A DNA stretch of 64,000 nucleotides from Candidatus Pacearchaeota archaeon (lineage in GTDB: Archaea > Nanobdellota > Nanobdellia > Pacearchaeales > GW2011-AR1): positions 434,159-498,158 of the forward strand of contig JAVZCO010000001.1 in assembly GCA_038874355.1 (NCBI GenBank), written 5' to 3'. The translations under genes and the position numbers were made by a program. Of this stretch, positions 1 through 9,735 are shown one piece after another. The notes under the pieces are model-generated. The model searched no databases and had not been told where the DNA came from. It saw nothing but the letters and a program-made list of their open reading frames with translations. The stretch's first letter is position 1. Every line of letters begins with the position of its first letter.

Positions 1-14
1 AGCAAAAAATAATC

Positions 15-1238
15 TTGCCAATTATTTATTCTTATAAAGAAAAAAGGGATAAAATACTAAATGAAGAAGAAAAAGAAAAATTAAGAAATAAAGTTAGAGA
101 AATAAAAGAAAAAACAATAAATAACATAAAAGAATTAAAAGAAAAAACAATAAAGAACTTAATAAAAAATGAAATTAGAGTTATTGAGGCCAAAGATTCT
201 AAAGAAGCAATAAAAATTATAAAAAAAATTGTAGGAAAAGAAAAATTAATAATAAAATCAAAATCTAATACTTGTAATGAAATAGAATTAAAAAAATTTC
301 TTAAGAATAAAGAAATTATTGAAACCGATTTAGGAGATTTTTTAATTCAATTATTTAAAGATGATAAAGAGAAAGAAATTCATCCTGTTTTGCCATCTTT
401 GCATTTAACTTTAGATAATATTTCTAAAAAAATTAATGAAAAATTTAAAGTAAATGTTGAAAAAAAAGAAGAAGAAATTATAAAATTTATAAGAAAGTAC
501 TTAAGAGAAAAAATTTACAAAGCTAAAATAGGGATTAGCGGAGCGAATGTTATTTCTAGTGATGGTAGCATTTTTATTTTAGAAAATGAAGGAAATATTT
601 CTTTAGTTTCTAGGATTGTGGATAAACATATAATATTAGTAGGTTTTGATAAGATTGTTGAAACTAAAGAACAAGCGTTGGATATAATTAAAGCTTCAAC
701 AATATTCGGAACAGCACAAGAATATTCATCTTATGTTAGCATTATTTCTGGACCAAGCAAAACTGCTGATATACAAAATAAAATAATAAAAGGAGCACAA
801 GGGCCAAAAGAAGTTTACTTAATTTTATTAGATAATAAAAGAAATGAAATTTTAAATTCAGAATTTAAAGAATTATTATACTGTATAAATTGTGGTGCTT
901 GTTTAAATTTTTGTCCTGTATATCATCAAATATTTTCAAGATATGGTTCAAATTATTTCTTAGGTGCAAAAGGAGTAATTTCTTCTTATTTTCAGGAATA
1001 TCCTAAAAAAGCATATGAAAATGGAGCTTTCTTTTGTACTACATGTAAACAATGTTATGAAAATTGCCCAGTTAAGATTAATTTATCAGATTTAATAAAA
1101 AAAATAAGAAAAGAACTAGTTAAAAGAAAATTAGAACCTCCTTCAGTTAAAGAAATGATTATTAATATTTCAAATTATGGAAATCCTTTTGGTAAAATAC
1201 AAAAAGGAAAAAAACCAACAAAATTATATTGTTGTTAA
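15..1238 (+). CDS. LUD-domain 4Fe-4S protein (LutB/YkgF lactate-utilization family)
   Basis: KSKS, ETDLG, ENEGN and ISGPSKTADI LUD motifs; CINCGACLNFCP and CTTCKQCYENCP ferredoxin motifs; TTG start, so the true start is uncertain. Confidence 0.85.
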   Translation: MPIIYSYKEKRDKILNEEEKEKLRNKVREIKEKTINNIKELKEKTIKNLIKNEIRVIEAKDSKEAIKIIKKIVGKEKLIIKSKSNTCNEIELKKFLKNKEIIETDLGDFLIQLFKDDKEKEIHPVLPSLHLTLDNISKKINEKFKVNVEKKEEEIIKFIRKYLREKIYKAKIGISGANVISSDGSIFILENEGNISLVSRIVDKHIILVGFDKIVETKEQALDIIKASTIFGTAQEYSSYVSIISGPSKTADIQNKIIKGAQGPKEVYLILLDNKRNEILNSEFKELLYCINCGACLNFCPVYHQIFSRYGSNYFLGAKGVISSYFQEYPKKAYENGAFFCTTCKQCYENCPVKINLSDLIKKIRKELVKRKLEPPSVKEMIINISNYGNPFGKIQKGKKPTKLYCC

Positions 1239-1291
1239 ATTTTTACAAAATAAATTTCTATTATTTTATAACTTTATAGTAATAACAAAAA

Positions 1292-1306
1292 CGAAAGATT
1301 TAAAAA
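1292..1306 (+). promoter_or_regulatory. Archaeal BRE-TATA promoter
   Basis: CGAAAGA-TTTAAAAA about 40 nt upstream of the ATG at 1344; the same motif recurs upstream of many genes in the window. Confidence 0.6.
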
Positions 1307-1343
1307 CCCTAATTTATTATAAATAATAAAGATAAATAGAAAA

Positions 1344-2210
1344 ATGGAAAGAGAAAAAATATTTTCAATCTTAAGACAAATCAATGAAAATTTAAGGAAT
1401 GGAAAGTACGGTTTAGAATCTTATAACTTTTTCCCACTCCCATATGCTAATTCTTATTTTTTTAATTTAACATGTAATGATACTTTCTGTAAAAAAGAAT
1501 TTTTTGATTTGTATGATAAATTAGAAAGTAGAGAAAAGATAGGATTAGAAGAAAAAGTTTTAGAATTGGAAAGAATTATGGATCATGCTTTAAAAGATAA
1601 AATAAAATTAAAAGCGGGATTAATAAAAGAAAATAATAATCTTAAATTAAATATATTCTCAAATATTCCTGAAGCAATTTTATGTATGCCTACATGTTAC
1701 ACTTTATTTAATTCTATAAAAAAAGGAGAGTTTCCTTATCCACTAGATATACATTACATAAATTTTTACAAATTTATATCAGAAAACCTTATTGATTTTC
1801 TTTTTCAAACAGATTCACAAAAAAATATAGTTGAAAAAAGAAATCATCTTTTTAATTTAAAAGATAATTATATTGTATATAAATGGGAAAATTTTGGAAA
1901 TAAAATGAAGAATATAAATAATAGAGAGAATAAAAATATATTAAATGTTTATTTATACAACCCTATTTCAGAAATAAAAGAAGATATATTTTATCCATAT
2001 ATAGAGATGCCTTTAATATCTTATAGTGAGGCAGAAATAGAAAAAAATATTTTAGATATAAAATCTCATTTATTAAGAGGAATTTTTTTTGTAGGCAACC
2101 CATTCTTAAATAAAATTAATGAATACATTATCTCAGGAAAACAAAGAGAAGATTCAGAAGAATATAAACTAGAAAGTATTAATACTATTCTTAAAAATAA
2201 AGAGTTTTAA
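1344..2210 (+). CDS. Hypothetical protein (ORFan-like)
   Basis: 288-aa ORF with an upstream promoter; no recognised motif. Confidence 0.7.
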   Translation: MEREKIFSILRQINENLRNGKYGLESYNFFPLPYANSYFFNLTCNDTFCKKEFFDLYDKLESREKIGLEEKVLELERIMDHALKDKIKLKAGLIKENNNLKLNIFSNIPEAILCMPTCYTLFNSIKKGEFPYPLDIHYINFYKFISENLIDFLFQTDSQKNIVEKRNHLFNLKDNYIVYKWENFGNKMKNINNRENKNILNVYLYNPISEIKEDIFYPYIEMPLISYSEAEIEKNILDIKSHLLRGIFFVGNPFLNKINEYIISGKQREDSEEYKLESINTILKNKEF

Positions 2211-2497
2211 TAATTGCAATTTAATATTTTACCTAATTTATATTCAAGATTTTTTCCATTTCTATTAATTTCAACAAAAACATCATATTCTTGATATAAT
2301 CTTTTATTTGTTTTATTTATATAGTCTGTAATATAATTATCTATATTTTCGTTTTTAGGGACTTTTGTTTTATATACTGTTGGATCAAGCTTTATTTTAA
2401 TTCTTTTTCTACTTCCATTATACAAAGTTATTGCATTATAAATCATTTCTTCTTTATCTATATCGCTGGTTATTACAACTTCTCTTATTTTTTTCAT
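2207..2497 (-). CDS. Hypothetical protein
   Basis: 96-aa ATG ORF in the intergenic space, convergent with the previous gene. Confidence 0.6.
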   Translation of the reverse strand: MKKIREVVITSDIDKEEMIYNAITLYNGSRKRIKIKLDPTVYKTKVPKNENIDNYITDYINKTNKRLYQEYDVFVEINRNGKNLEYKLGKILNCNY

Positions 2498-2563
2498 ATA
2501 TAAAAAAGTATAAGGAAATATAAAAGAATTTATATTTTAGTATATATATTTTAAAAAATACTG

Positions 2564-3742
2564 CTATCTTGTTAAAATTTCTATAGCATCTTTATGTCTT
2601 AAAATATAATCTTTTCCTATTACTTTTTTAGTTTTTACATCTATTGCTTTAATGAAATTATTTCCCAAATCGGTATGTAATCTAAAAGCAAAATCTAACG
2701 CTGTACTGTTAGGGGGCATTAAATAACAATCAGGCAAGACTCTACCTTGACTATCTGTAAGTTTAGATGTTCCTGCTGGAAATACTGCTACATATTTTAA
2801 TAAATCAAAAACAACATAATTTAAAATATTTTGAACTCCAGTAGAACCGTATTTTTCTAATATTTTTTTTATTTTTTCTAGAGCAATTTTTTGATTTTCA
2901 TTTAAATTTTTTAAAATTTTAAAATTATTTTCTCCAGGTATATATTCTATTAATCCAGCTTTTGAAGCTTCTCTCAAAGCTAATTCTGCATCAGTAGAAC
3001 AAGGTATTATAGGATAATTAAATTCTTCTCTTATTTTCTTTAAATTTTCTTCAGCTCCTTCTAAATCTATCTTATTTCCAGCAATAATCATTGGTTTAGT
3101 TTCTTTTCTTAAATTACTTGCAAAATAAAAAATTTCTTCTTCTGTCCATTGTGTAGGCTTTTCAATATCCAATTTTAATTTTAATACAATTTTATTAACA
3201 TCCTCTTCCTTTACTTTTAATCCAGAAAACTGTTTTGTTATTGCTTGTATAAAATTTTCTTTTGTTGATTCTATTTGCTTAGAAAAAGTTTTCCAAACCT
3301 TTTTTAATATATTAGAATACCATAAATCAATTTCTTTCTCTAAAAATTTTATATCTTCTCCGGGATAATAATTATTTGTTGGTTTACCTTCGGCATTTGT
3401 CTTTCCAGATAAATCAACTATGTGTATAAAAGCATCTGCTTGTCTTAAATCATCTAAAAATTGATTACCCAAACCCTTTCCTTCTGAAGCTCCAGGTACT
3501 AACCCAGCAACATCTAAGAGTTCAATAGGAACAAATCTTTTACTATTAATACAATATCCTTCTCTCGGATTACATTTGACATTAAAATCTTTATCAATGC
3601 AATCTATTTTTACATAACCAATTCCATGATTCGGTTTTATTGTAACAAAGGGATAATTTGCTATTAAAACATTTGCTAATGTTGCTGCTTTAAAAAAAGT
3701 GCTTTTTCCTACATTTGGTTTTCCAATTATTCCTATTAACAT
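2564..3742 (-). CDS. ychF: YchF/Obg-family translation-associated GTPase with TGS domain
   Basis: GKPNVGKST, NYPFVTI, DVAGLVPGA..G.GLGNQFL, NKID; C-terminal TGS (TALDFAFRLHTD). Confidence 0.92.
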   Translation of the reverse strand: MLIGIIGKPNVGKSTFFKAATLANVLIANYPFVTIKPNHGIGYVKIDCIDKDFNVKCNPREGYCINSKRFVPIELLDVAGLVPGASEGKGLGNQFLDDLRQADAFIHIVDLSGKTNAEGKPTNNYYPGEDIKFLEKEIDLWYSNILKKVWKTFSKQIESTKENFIQAITKQFSGLKVKEEDVNKIVLKLKLDIEKPTQWTEEEIFYFASNLRKETKPMIIAGNKIDLEGAEENLKKIREEFNYPIIPCSTDAELALREASKAGLIEYIPGENNFKILKNLNENQKIALEKIKKILEKYGSTGVQNILNYVVFDLLKYVAVFPAGTSKLTDSQGRVLPDCYLMPPNSTALDFAFRLHTDLGNNFIKAIDVKTKKVIGKDYILRHKDAIEILTR

Positions 3743-3806
3743 ATTCTAATTAAAAGGGTAATATATAAAAACTTTTATAAATCAATATTTTTTAAAAATA
3801 TTAATA

Positions 3807-3928
3807 GAGCCCGTAGCTCAGCCCGGTTAGAGCACCGCTCTTATATGAAGAAGATTCAATAGAATCTTCATTTCCAGGCTAAATGCTAGGAAAGGCGGGG
3901 GTCCTCGGTTCAAATCCGAGCGGGCTCA
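3807..3928 (+). tRNA. tRNA-Ile(UAU) with a 47-nt intron at 37/38 (intron 3846-3892)
   Basis: Acceptor GAGCCCG/CGGGCTC-A; D stem GCTC/GAGC; anticodon stem CCGCT/GGCGG; loop CT-TAT-A|A; T arm CTCGG-TTCAAAT-CCGAG; CTTA pairs with intron TAGG to form the BHB central helix. Confidence 0.9.
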
Positions 3929-3949
3929 TATAAAATTTATCTTGTTAAT

Positions 3950-4636
3950 ATGAAGTTAAAAAAATTAATATATAGTGGATTATTTTTGTTTTTTTTGCAA
4001 TTAAATTTATACGCAGAACCACAACACATAGTAAGAGGACCAAAAGATAAGAAACAAATAGCATTAACTTTTGATGATGGAGATAATTTAGAAAGTGTGA
4101 TAAAAGTACTTGAAGAAAAAAATGTTAAAGCAACATTTTTCTTAACAGGAAATTATATTATGAAAAGAAAAGAAGAAGTAAAAAGAGCATATGAAAAAGG
4201 CCATGAAATAGAAAATCATACTTATACTCATCCTAATTGTACTAATATATCATTAGATTCTTTGATTAATGAAGTAGTAATAACAGATTCTGAAATTTAT
4301 AATATAACTGGTTATATTCCAAGATTTTTTAGATTTCCATACGGAAAGGCAAATAATGAAAAATTAGAAACAATAGAAAAATTAGGAAAAAAATCTATTT
4401 TTTGGACAATAGATACAAGAGATTGGGAATATAAAAAAGAGGAATACAAAAAAGCAAGAGAAAATATTATAAAAATGATTAATGAACAAACTAATAATGA
4501 AAAAGGGAGTGGTAGTATAATTTTAATGCATACAAAAACAATAGTGGGATCCTATAAGATTCTTCCAGAAATAATTGATCTTTTAAAATCAAAAGGATAC
4601 GAATTAGTTACAATAAATGAAATGTTTGAAAAATAA
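3950..4636 (+). CDS. Secreted polysaccharide deacetylase (CE4/NodB family)
   Basis: Signal peptide; ALTFDDG, ENHTYTH, FRFPYG, DTRDW, IILMH motifs. Confidence 0.92.
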   Translation: MKLKKLIYSGLFLFFLQLNLYAEPQHIVRGPKDKKQIALTFDDGDNLESVIKVLEEKNVKATFFLTGNYIMKRKEEVKRAYEKGHEIENHTYTHPNCTNISLDSLINEVVITDSEIYNITGYIPRFFRFPYGKANNEKLETIEKLGKKSIFWTIDTRDWEYKKEEYKKARENIIKMINEQTNNEKGSGSIILMHTKTIVGSYKILPEIIDLLKSKGYELVTINEMFEK

Positions 4637-4709
4637 TTTTTATAAAATTAAAAAATTTGTAATTTAATTAATTAAGTAAATTTAAAAATATAATTTATTT
4701 TAAGATATA

Positions 4710-4940
4710 ATGAAAAAAAACAAAAAGAGAAAAAGAAAAAATAAAAAAATAGAAAATATGACTTTTTCAGAATTAATTGAAAAAAATCCCAAAGCTGCTA
4801 AAATTTTTTTTGAAAAAGGAATGAATTGTGCTTTTTGTCCTCTTGCTTCAAAAGAAACTTTAGAACAAGGTGCTAAATCACATAATATTGATATAAAAGA
4901 ATTAATTAAAGAATTAAACAAAAACAAAAAGAAAAAATGA
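4710..4940 (+). CDS. DUF1858 family small protein
   Basis: GMNCAFCPLASKETLEQGAKSHNID pattern. Confidence 0.8.
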   Translation: MKKNKKRKRKNKKIENMTFSELIEKNPKAAKIFFEKGMNCAFCPLASKETLEQGAKSHNIDIKELIKELNKNKKKK

Positions 4941-5404
4941 ATTATAATAAAAAAGTAATAGAATATTTTACTAAGAAGAAATATGTAGGAGAAATAAAAA
5001 ATGCAGATGGTGTTGGTGAAGTGGGTAATATAATATGTGGCGACATAATGAAAGTTTATATAAAAGTTGGTAAAAAGAATAAAGAAGAATATATTGAAAA
5101 TATAAAATTTAAAACTTTTGGCTGTGTCGCGGCAATTGCCTCTTCTTCTGCTTTAGCAGAAATCGCCATTGGAAAGAAATTAACCGAAGCTATTAAAATA
5201 ACAAATAAAGATATATTAAATAAATTAGGTAATTTACCAACAATTAAAATTCATTGTTCTATTTTAGGAGAGCAAGCTCTTACTGAAGCAATATATAATT
5301 ACTTTGTGAAAAATAAAAAGAAAATTCCTAAATTTTTAGAAAAAAAACATAAATTAATAATGAGAGAAAAACAAGCTTATAAAAAGAAATTTTCTAATCG
5401 ATAA
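4937..5404 (+). CDS. iscU: Fe-S cluster scaffold, IscU/NifU N-terminal family
   Basis: GNIICGD, FKTFGCVAAIASSS, LPTIKIHCS. Confidence 0.92.
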   Translation: MNYNKKVIEYFTKKKYVGEIKNADGVGEVGNIICGDIMKVYIKVGKKNKEEYIENIKFKTFGCVAAIASSSALAEIAIGKKLTEAIKITNKDILNKLGNLPTIKIHCSILGEQALTEAIYNYFVKNKKKIPKFLEKKHKLIMREKQAYKKKFSNR

Positions 5405-5437
5405 ATTTTTAATATTCCTTATTTTTTTATTTATATT

Positions 5438-6796
5438 ATGTTAGAAAATAAATTAATAAGAAAACTTATTTTTTACACATTAGATAAAACTATAAAATTT
5501 AAATTTTATAATCTTGATAATAACACAAAAAAAATTGCAGAAGATAAATATCTTATAACTTCTTCTGTTTTAAAAGCAATTGATAAACAATATAATCAAG
5601 GGATTTCTAAAGGATGTAAAGATAAATTAGAAAATATCTTCATAAAAAAGCAATTTTTAAGAGTTATAAAAAAAAGAAAATTGCCTTATCAAGATTATCA
5701 GATTGGATTTTTAACAGTTAGCCCAACAAATATATGTGATTTATCCTGTAAAGATTGTTATGCAGGCTTTATAAAAAATAAACAAACTTTACCATTTTCT
5801 ATTCTAATAAGAATATGGGAGGATATAAAAAATATTTTTAAAACTAATTTTATGGTTATCTCTGGAGGAGAGCCTACTTTATACGAGTATGAAGAAAAAG
5901 GAAAAAAATATGTATTAGAAGATTTATTAGAAAAAAATCAAGATATTTATCATTTAATGTATACTAATGGAAGAAGAATTGCAGAAGATTTTTCTTTTGT
6001 TAAAAGAATAAGTGAGTTAGGAAATTTAACTCCTGCTATAAGCATAGAAGGTTTTGAAGAAAAAACGGATTTAAGAAGAGGAAAAGGAATGTATAAAAAA
6101 ATAATTAAAGCAATGGATAATTTAAGAAAAGAAGGAATTCCGTTTGGGATTTCTTTAACAATGAATAAATACAATATAGAAGAATTATTAAGTGACGAAT
6201 TTATTAAAGAAATGTTTGATAAAAGAGGAGCCGTTTATGCTTGGTCTTTTCATTATATGCCTATAGGAAAAAATCCTTCTTTTGATTTATTAATAACACC
6301 AGAACAAAGATTATGGAGTTTCAAGAGAATAAGAGAATTACTAAAACAAGGATATTTTATTGCAGATTTTTGGGATTTAGGAACAGTTGCTGGTTGTATG
6401 GCTTCTGGAGGTGATGGAGGAAGTTATGGTTATATAGATTGGACGGGAAATATTTACTCTTGTGTTTTTATGCCTGATCAAGATAAAGATGAAACAAAAA
6501 ATAATGTTTATAATTTATACAAAAACGAATATAATCTAAAAGATGCTTTTGATACAGTTCTTCATAAAAAAATAAGAGAAATTAAAGCAACACAAAAAAA
6601 TAAATGTAATTTATGTTTGCCTTGCACAATTAGAGATAGAAGTAATATTTATTCGGAAATTATTGAAAAATACGGAAAATATGATTCTCCAACAAAAGAA
6701 TACAGGGAAAAAATAATTAAAACAGGATTAATGGAAAAATATAATAAAGAATGTGAAAAATTATTTTCTAAAATTTGGGAAGAATATTTAAAATAA
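5438..6796 (+). CDS. Radical SAM protein (SPASM/twitch-like C-terminus)
   Basis: CDLSCKDC, SGGEP, YTNG, AISIEG, GCMASG...YIDWTGNIYSC. Confidence 0.9.
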   Translation: MLENKLIRKLIFYTLDKTIKFKFYNLDNNTKKIAEDKYLITSSVLKAIDKQYNQGISKGCKDKLENIFIKKQFLRVIKKRKLPYQDYQIGFLTVSPTNICDLSCKDCYAGFIKNKQTLPFSILIRIWEDIKNIFKTNFMVISGGEPTLYEYEEKGKKYVLEDLLEKNQDIYHLMYTNGRRIAEDFSFVKRISELGNLTPAISIEGFEEKTDLRRGKGMYKKIIKAMDNLRKEGIPFGISLTMNKYNIEELLSDEFIKEMFDKRGAVYAWSFHYMPIGKNPSFDLLITPEQRLWSFKRIRELLKQGYFIADFWDLGTVAGCMASGGDGGSYGYIDWTGNIYSCVFMPDQDKDETKNNVYNLYKNEYNLKDAFDTVLHKKIREIKATQKNKCNLCLPCTIRDRSNIYSEIIEKYGKYDSPTKEYREKIIKTGLMEKYNKECEKLFSKIWEEYLK

Positions 6797-6806
6797 ACTT
6801 AGATTT

Positions 6807-7487
6807 TTAATTTTCTTTATTTAAACTTTTAATTGTTAATATTGTTTTATTAACTTGTTCTTGATTTAGGAAATAAGGTTTAGAAATTTTACATCTGTCA
6901 TTCATTAGATTAAATTTATTATCTTCTCTTTTATCTGTTAAACCTAAAACATGTCCTATTTCATGAGCCAAGTTCCATGCAGTAAAATCTTTACATTTTT
7001 TATCTTTCTTAAAAATAACAAATTTATAACCACATAAATTTCCTCTCCCAAAATTAATACTTTTTCCTTTAATATATATAATACTCATATCAGGACTATT
7101 GTTTGTTATTTTATTTATAAGAGGAATATAAAATTCATTGCAAATTTTACTATCTTCTTCTGAATTTTTTCCAGAAATTTTAGTATAAAGATATTTTCTT
7201 TCTTCTGTTGTTATATTTAAATTTACTTTGTATATATTATTTATTAAGATAGAAATATTATAATTATTCCAAATTTTATTTACTTCACTAACATATTTTA
7301 CTAATTCTTCTTCATTGATTTCGTTATTAATAATATAAAAATTAAAACTAACATTTAATTTTTCAATATTTGTACCTTGCTTTTCTATTGAAAAAGAACA
7401 AGTAAAATTTCTCAATATAAAGATAATAAGAATTACAATAAAAATAAAAACCAAAGATCTGATTATTTTTTTATTATTTTTTAACAT
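6807..7487 (-). CDS. Membrane-anchored zinc metallopeptidase (metzincin-like)
   Basis: N-terminal TM; LAHEIGHVLGLTD followed by an NLM Met-turn. Confidence 0.75.
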   Translation of the reverse strand: MLKNNKKIIRSLVFIFIVILIIFILRNFTCSFSIEKQGTNIEKLNVSFNFYIINNEINEEELVKYVSEVNKIWNNYNISILINNIYKVNLNITTEERKYLYTKISGKNSEEDSKICNEFYIPLINKITNNSPDMSIIYIKGKSINFGRGNLCGYKFVIFKKDKKCKDFTAWNLAHEIGHVLGLTDKREDNKFNLMNDRCKISKPYFLNQEQVNKTILTIKSLNKEN

Positions 7488-7660
7488 AATTTATAATATT
7501 ATTAATATTTTTTATATTTTTTTATAATTATAATTTTTTAGTAATCTAACTTTCTATTATATTAACAAATTGCTTTTTCATTTAAGTAAAGAATTTTTTT
7601 AATCTTCTTTTTAAGATAATAACATGTTAATCAATCTTTTACCCTTCTTTATTTCTTCTT

Positions 7661-7915
7661 TCACCTTCTCTTTCTTTGCTTCTTTTTTATCTTCTTTTTA
7701 GTATAAAAGATTTCTGAAAACAAAAAAATATATAGGATTTCTAAAATGCCAAATGTATTTATAATAAGTATAATGATAAACCATATGACATCTTTATTCT
7801 GAGAAGCTTTCCATAAGGCAATTCCCTTCCATGTTAAACTCCAAATTAAAAGAATTATTAATAGAGTTGGATTAATTCCGAATAAGGAAGAAATTTGATT
7901 ATAATCTAAAGCCAT
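7661..7915 (-). CDS. Small membrane protein (DUF5652-like)
   Basis: WKGIALWKAS..WFI..NTFGILEILYIF pattern. Confidence 0.8.
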   Translation of the reverse strand: MALDYNQISSLFGINPTLLIILLIWSLTWKGIALWKASQNKDVIWFIIILIINTFGILEILYIFLFSEIFYTKKKIKKKQRKRR

Positions 7916-7997
7916 TATACTATAATAAAAAAAATCTTTATAAATTTAATTAATTAAATTTTTTTAATTTGTATTAATTATAAAATGGTTACAAAAA

Positions 7998-8012
7998 CGA
8001 AATATTTATAAA
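7998..8012 (+). promoter_or_regulatory. Archaeal BRE-TATA promoter (probably leaderless transcript)
   Basis: CGAAATA-TTTATAAA ending 27 nt before the ATG at 8039. Confidence 0.65.
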
Positions 8013-8038
8013 CATAAGAATAATAAAAGTAGTATAAG

Positions 8039-9721
8039 ATGAAAAAATATCAACTAACTTACAGTAAAATTAAAGAGAATGATATTTTAATAAACAACAT
8101 AATAACTCATTATAATTTTGGAAAAAAATATGGCTTAACACAAAAAGAAATATGTAAAGAATTTAATATTTCTCAATATACATTAAGAAAAATTTTTAAA
8201 GAATCTAATAGAAAAATTTACTCAAAAAGAGTTTATAAAGAGGATATTGAAGAGATAGTTAAACAATATAAACAAGGAATTCCTATATATAATGAAAAAA
8301 ATTATTTTGAAACTATTTCAGGTTATCATGGATTAAGCAAAAGTACTATAATAAAATATCTAAAACAACAAGGAGTTTATAATTCTAAAAAAGAATATAA
8401 ATCAAAAAATAAGAAAAATAAAGAAGAAATAATAAAAAAAGAAAAAAATTTAGAAGAAAAAATTTTATATGATAATCAAATAGAAAACAAGGAAATAACA
8501 AAAAATAAAGAGTTAAGAGAAAAAAATTTTTATAGTAATCCTTTTCCTGTTACCTATAATCAAAACAATCCTAAAAAAAACTATATAAATTTCTTTAATA
8601 GATTAGGAAAAATTGCAAAAAAAGCTTTAATTACAACAACAGCAGGTCTAATTTTAGCAGGTTCTTTATTTTTTGGCGGTTATAAAAAAGGTTATTATGA
8701 CGCAAAAATGATTTATAAAGAAAAAGAGAAAATTAATTACGTAGAAAAAAAAGAAGAAAATCCAGCAGAAATAAAAATTTTAGAAGAAATTCAGCCAGAG
8801 AAAAAAATAAAAAGCGAACAAAAAAAAGAAATAAAAACAAAAAAACAAAATATCTATTCTTCACAAAAAAGTAAAAAAGAAAATAAATCTTATGAAAAAA
8901 AAGAAGAAAAAGGATCAAAAATTCCAGAAGAAATAAAAAATATAGTAGAATTAAAGGAAAAAGAAAATAAATCTTATGAAAAAAAAGATGAAATACAAAA
9001 AGAAATTCCTTCAAAAGATCTTTCTCTAAATTTAGAGAAAATATTACAATCAGATTTTAAAGAAGTTAAAATAAAAAAACATTCAATTTATTATGAAGTT
9101 TTAGATGAAACAATTCTTTTTAATATTCCAGAAATAATTGAAGTGGAAAAAGAGACATTGAAAATAAAATATGATAAATTAAAAGAGATTGCTACTAAAG
9201 GAAAAGAATTATTTGGAGAAAGACCTATTATAAAGGTTTGGGAAAGAGAAGGAATAGAAGTTTACGGATTTCCAATAAACACTAATGAAGAAATAGAACA
9301 AAGAGGTATCTGGCAAATAAATACAGATTCTAATGGGAAAAGAATTCCATCAGAATACATAGTTTACAATGATATGAAAACAAAAAATGTTTCTCCATCT
9401 AAACCAGATAAAATAATAAATTTTATTCAATTAGAAGAAATAATAAATAATGCAGAAAAAAATAAAAATTTTATTATTCCTCAACATATAAATAAAGATA
9501 AAAATCATTTAAGTGGTTTTGTTATTAAAAAAGATAAAGATAAAAAAGTAATAGTTCAAAATCAAATATATAATTCTGAAAAATTAAATAAATCCTTATT
9601 GAAAAGTATATCAAAAATAGGCCTTTCTGTCGCTGTTGGGGAAATAATAGGACCAGGAGAGAAAGGTATTAATGGATCTTCACAAATACAAATACCACCA
9701 GGGCCTCACCCAGGGATATAA
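8039..9721 (+). CDS. Hypothetical single-pass membrane protein with HTH-like N-terminal repeats
   Basis: GLTQKEICKEFNISQYTLRKIFK and HGLSKSTIIKYLKQQGV HTH-like segments; TM near aa 195-215; internal KENKSYEKK duplication. Confidence 0.7.
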   Translation: MKKYQLTYSKIKENDILINNIITHYNFGKKYGLTQKEICKEFNISQYTLRKIFKESNRKIYSKRVYKEDIEEIVKQYKQGIPIYNEKNYFETISGYHGLSKSTIIKYLKQQGVYNSKKEYKSKNKKNKEEIIKKEKNLEEKILYDNQIENKEITKNKELREKNFYSNPFPVTYNQNNPKKNYINFFNRLGKIAKKALITTTAGLILAGSLFFGGYKKGYYDAKMIYKEKEKINYVEKKEENPAEIKILEEIQPEKKIKSEQKKEIKTKKQNIYSSQKSKKENKSYEKKEEKGSKIPEEIKNIVELKEKENKSYEKKDEIQKEIPSKDLSLNLEKILQSDFKEVKIKKHSIYYEVLDETILFNIPEIIEVEKETLKIKYDKLKEIATKGKELFGERPIIKVWEREGIEVYGFPINTNEEIEQRGIWQINTDSNGKRIPSEYIVYNDMKTKNVSPSKPDKIINFIQLEEIINNAEKNKNFIIPQHINKDKNHLSGFVIKKDKDKKVIVQNQIYNSEKLNKSLLKSISKIGLSVAVGEIIGPGEKGINGSSQIQIPPGPHPGI

Positions 9722-9735
9722 AAATCTTATGAAAA

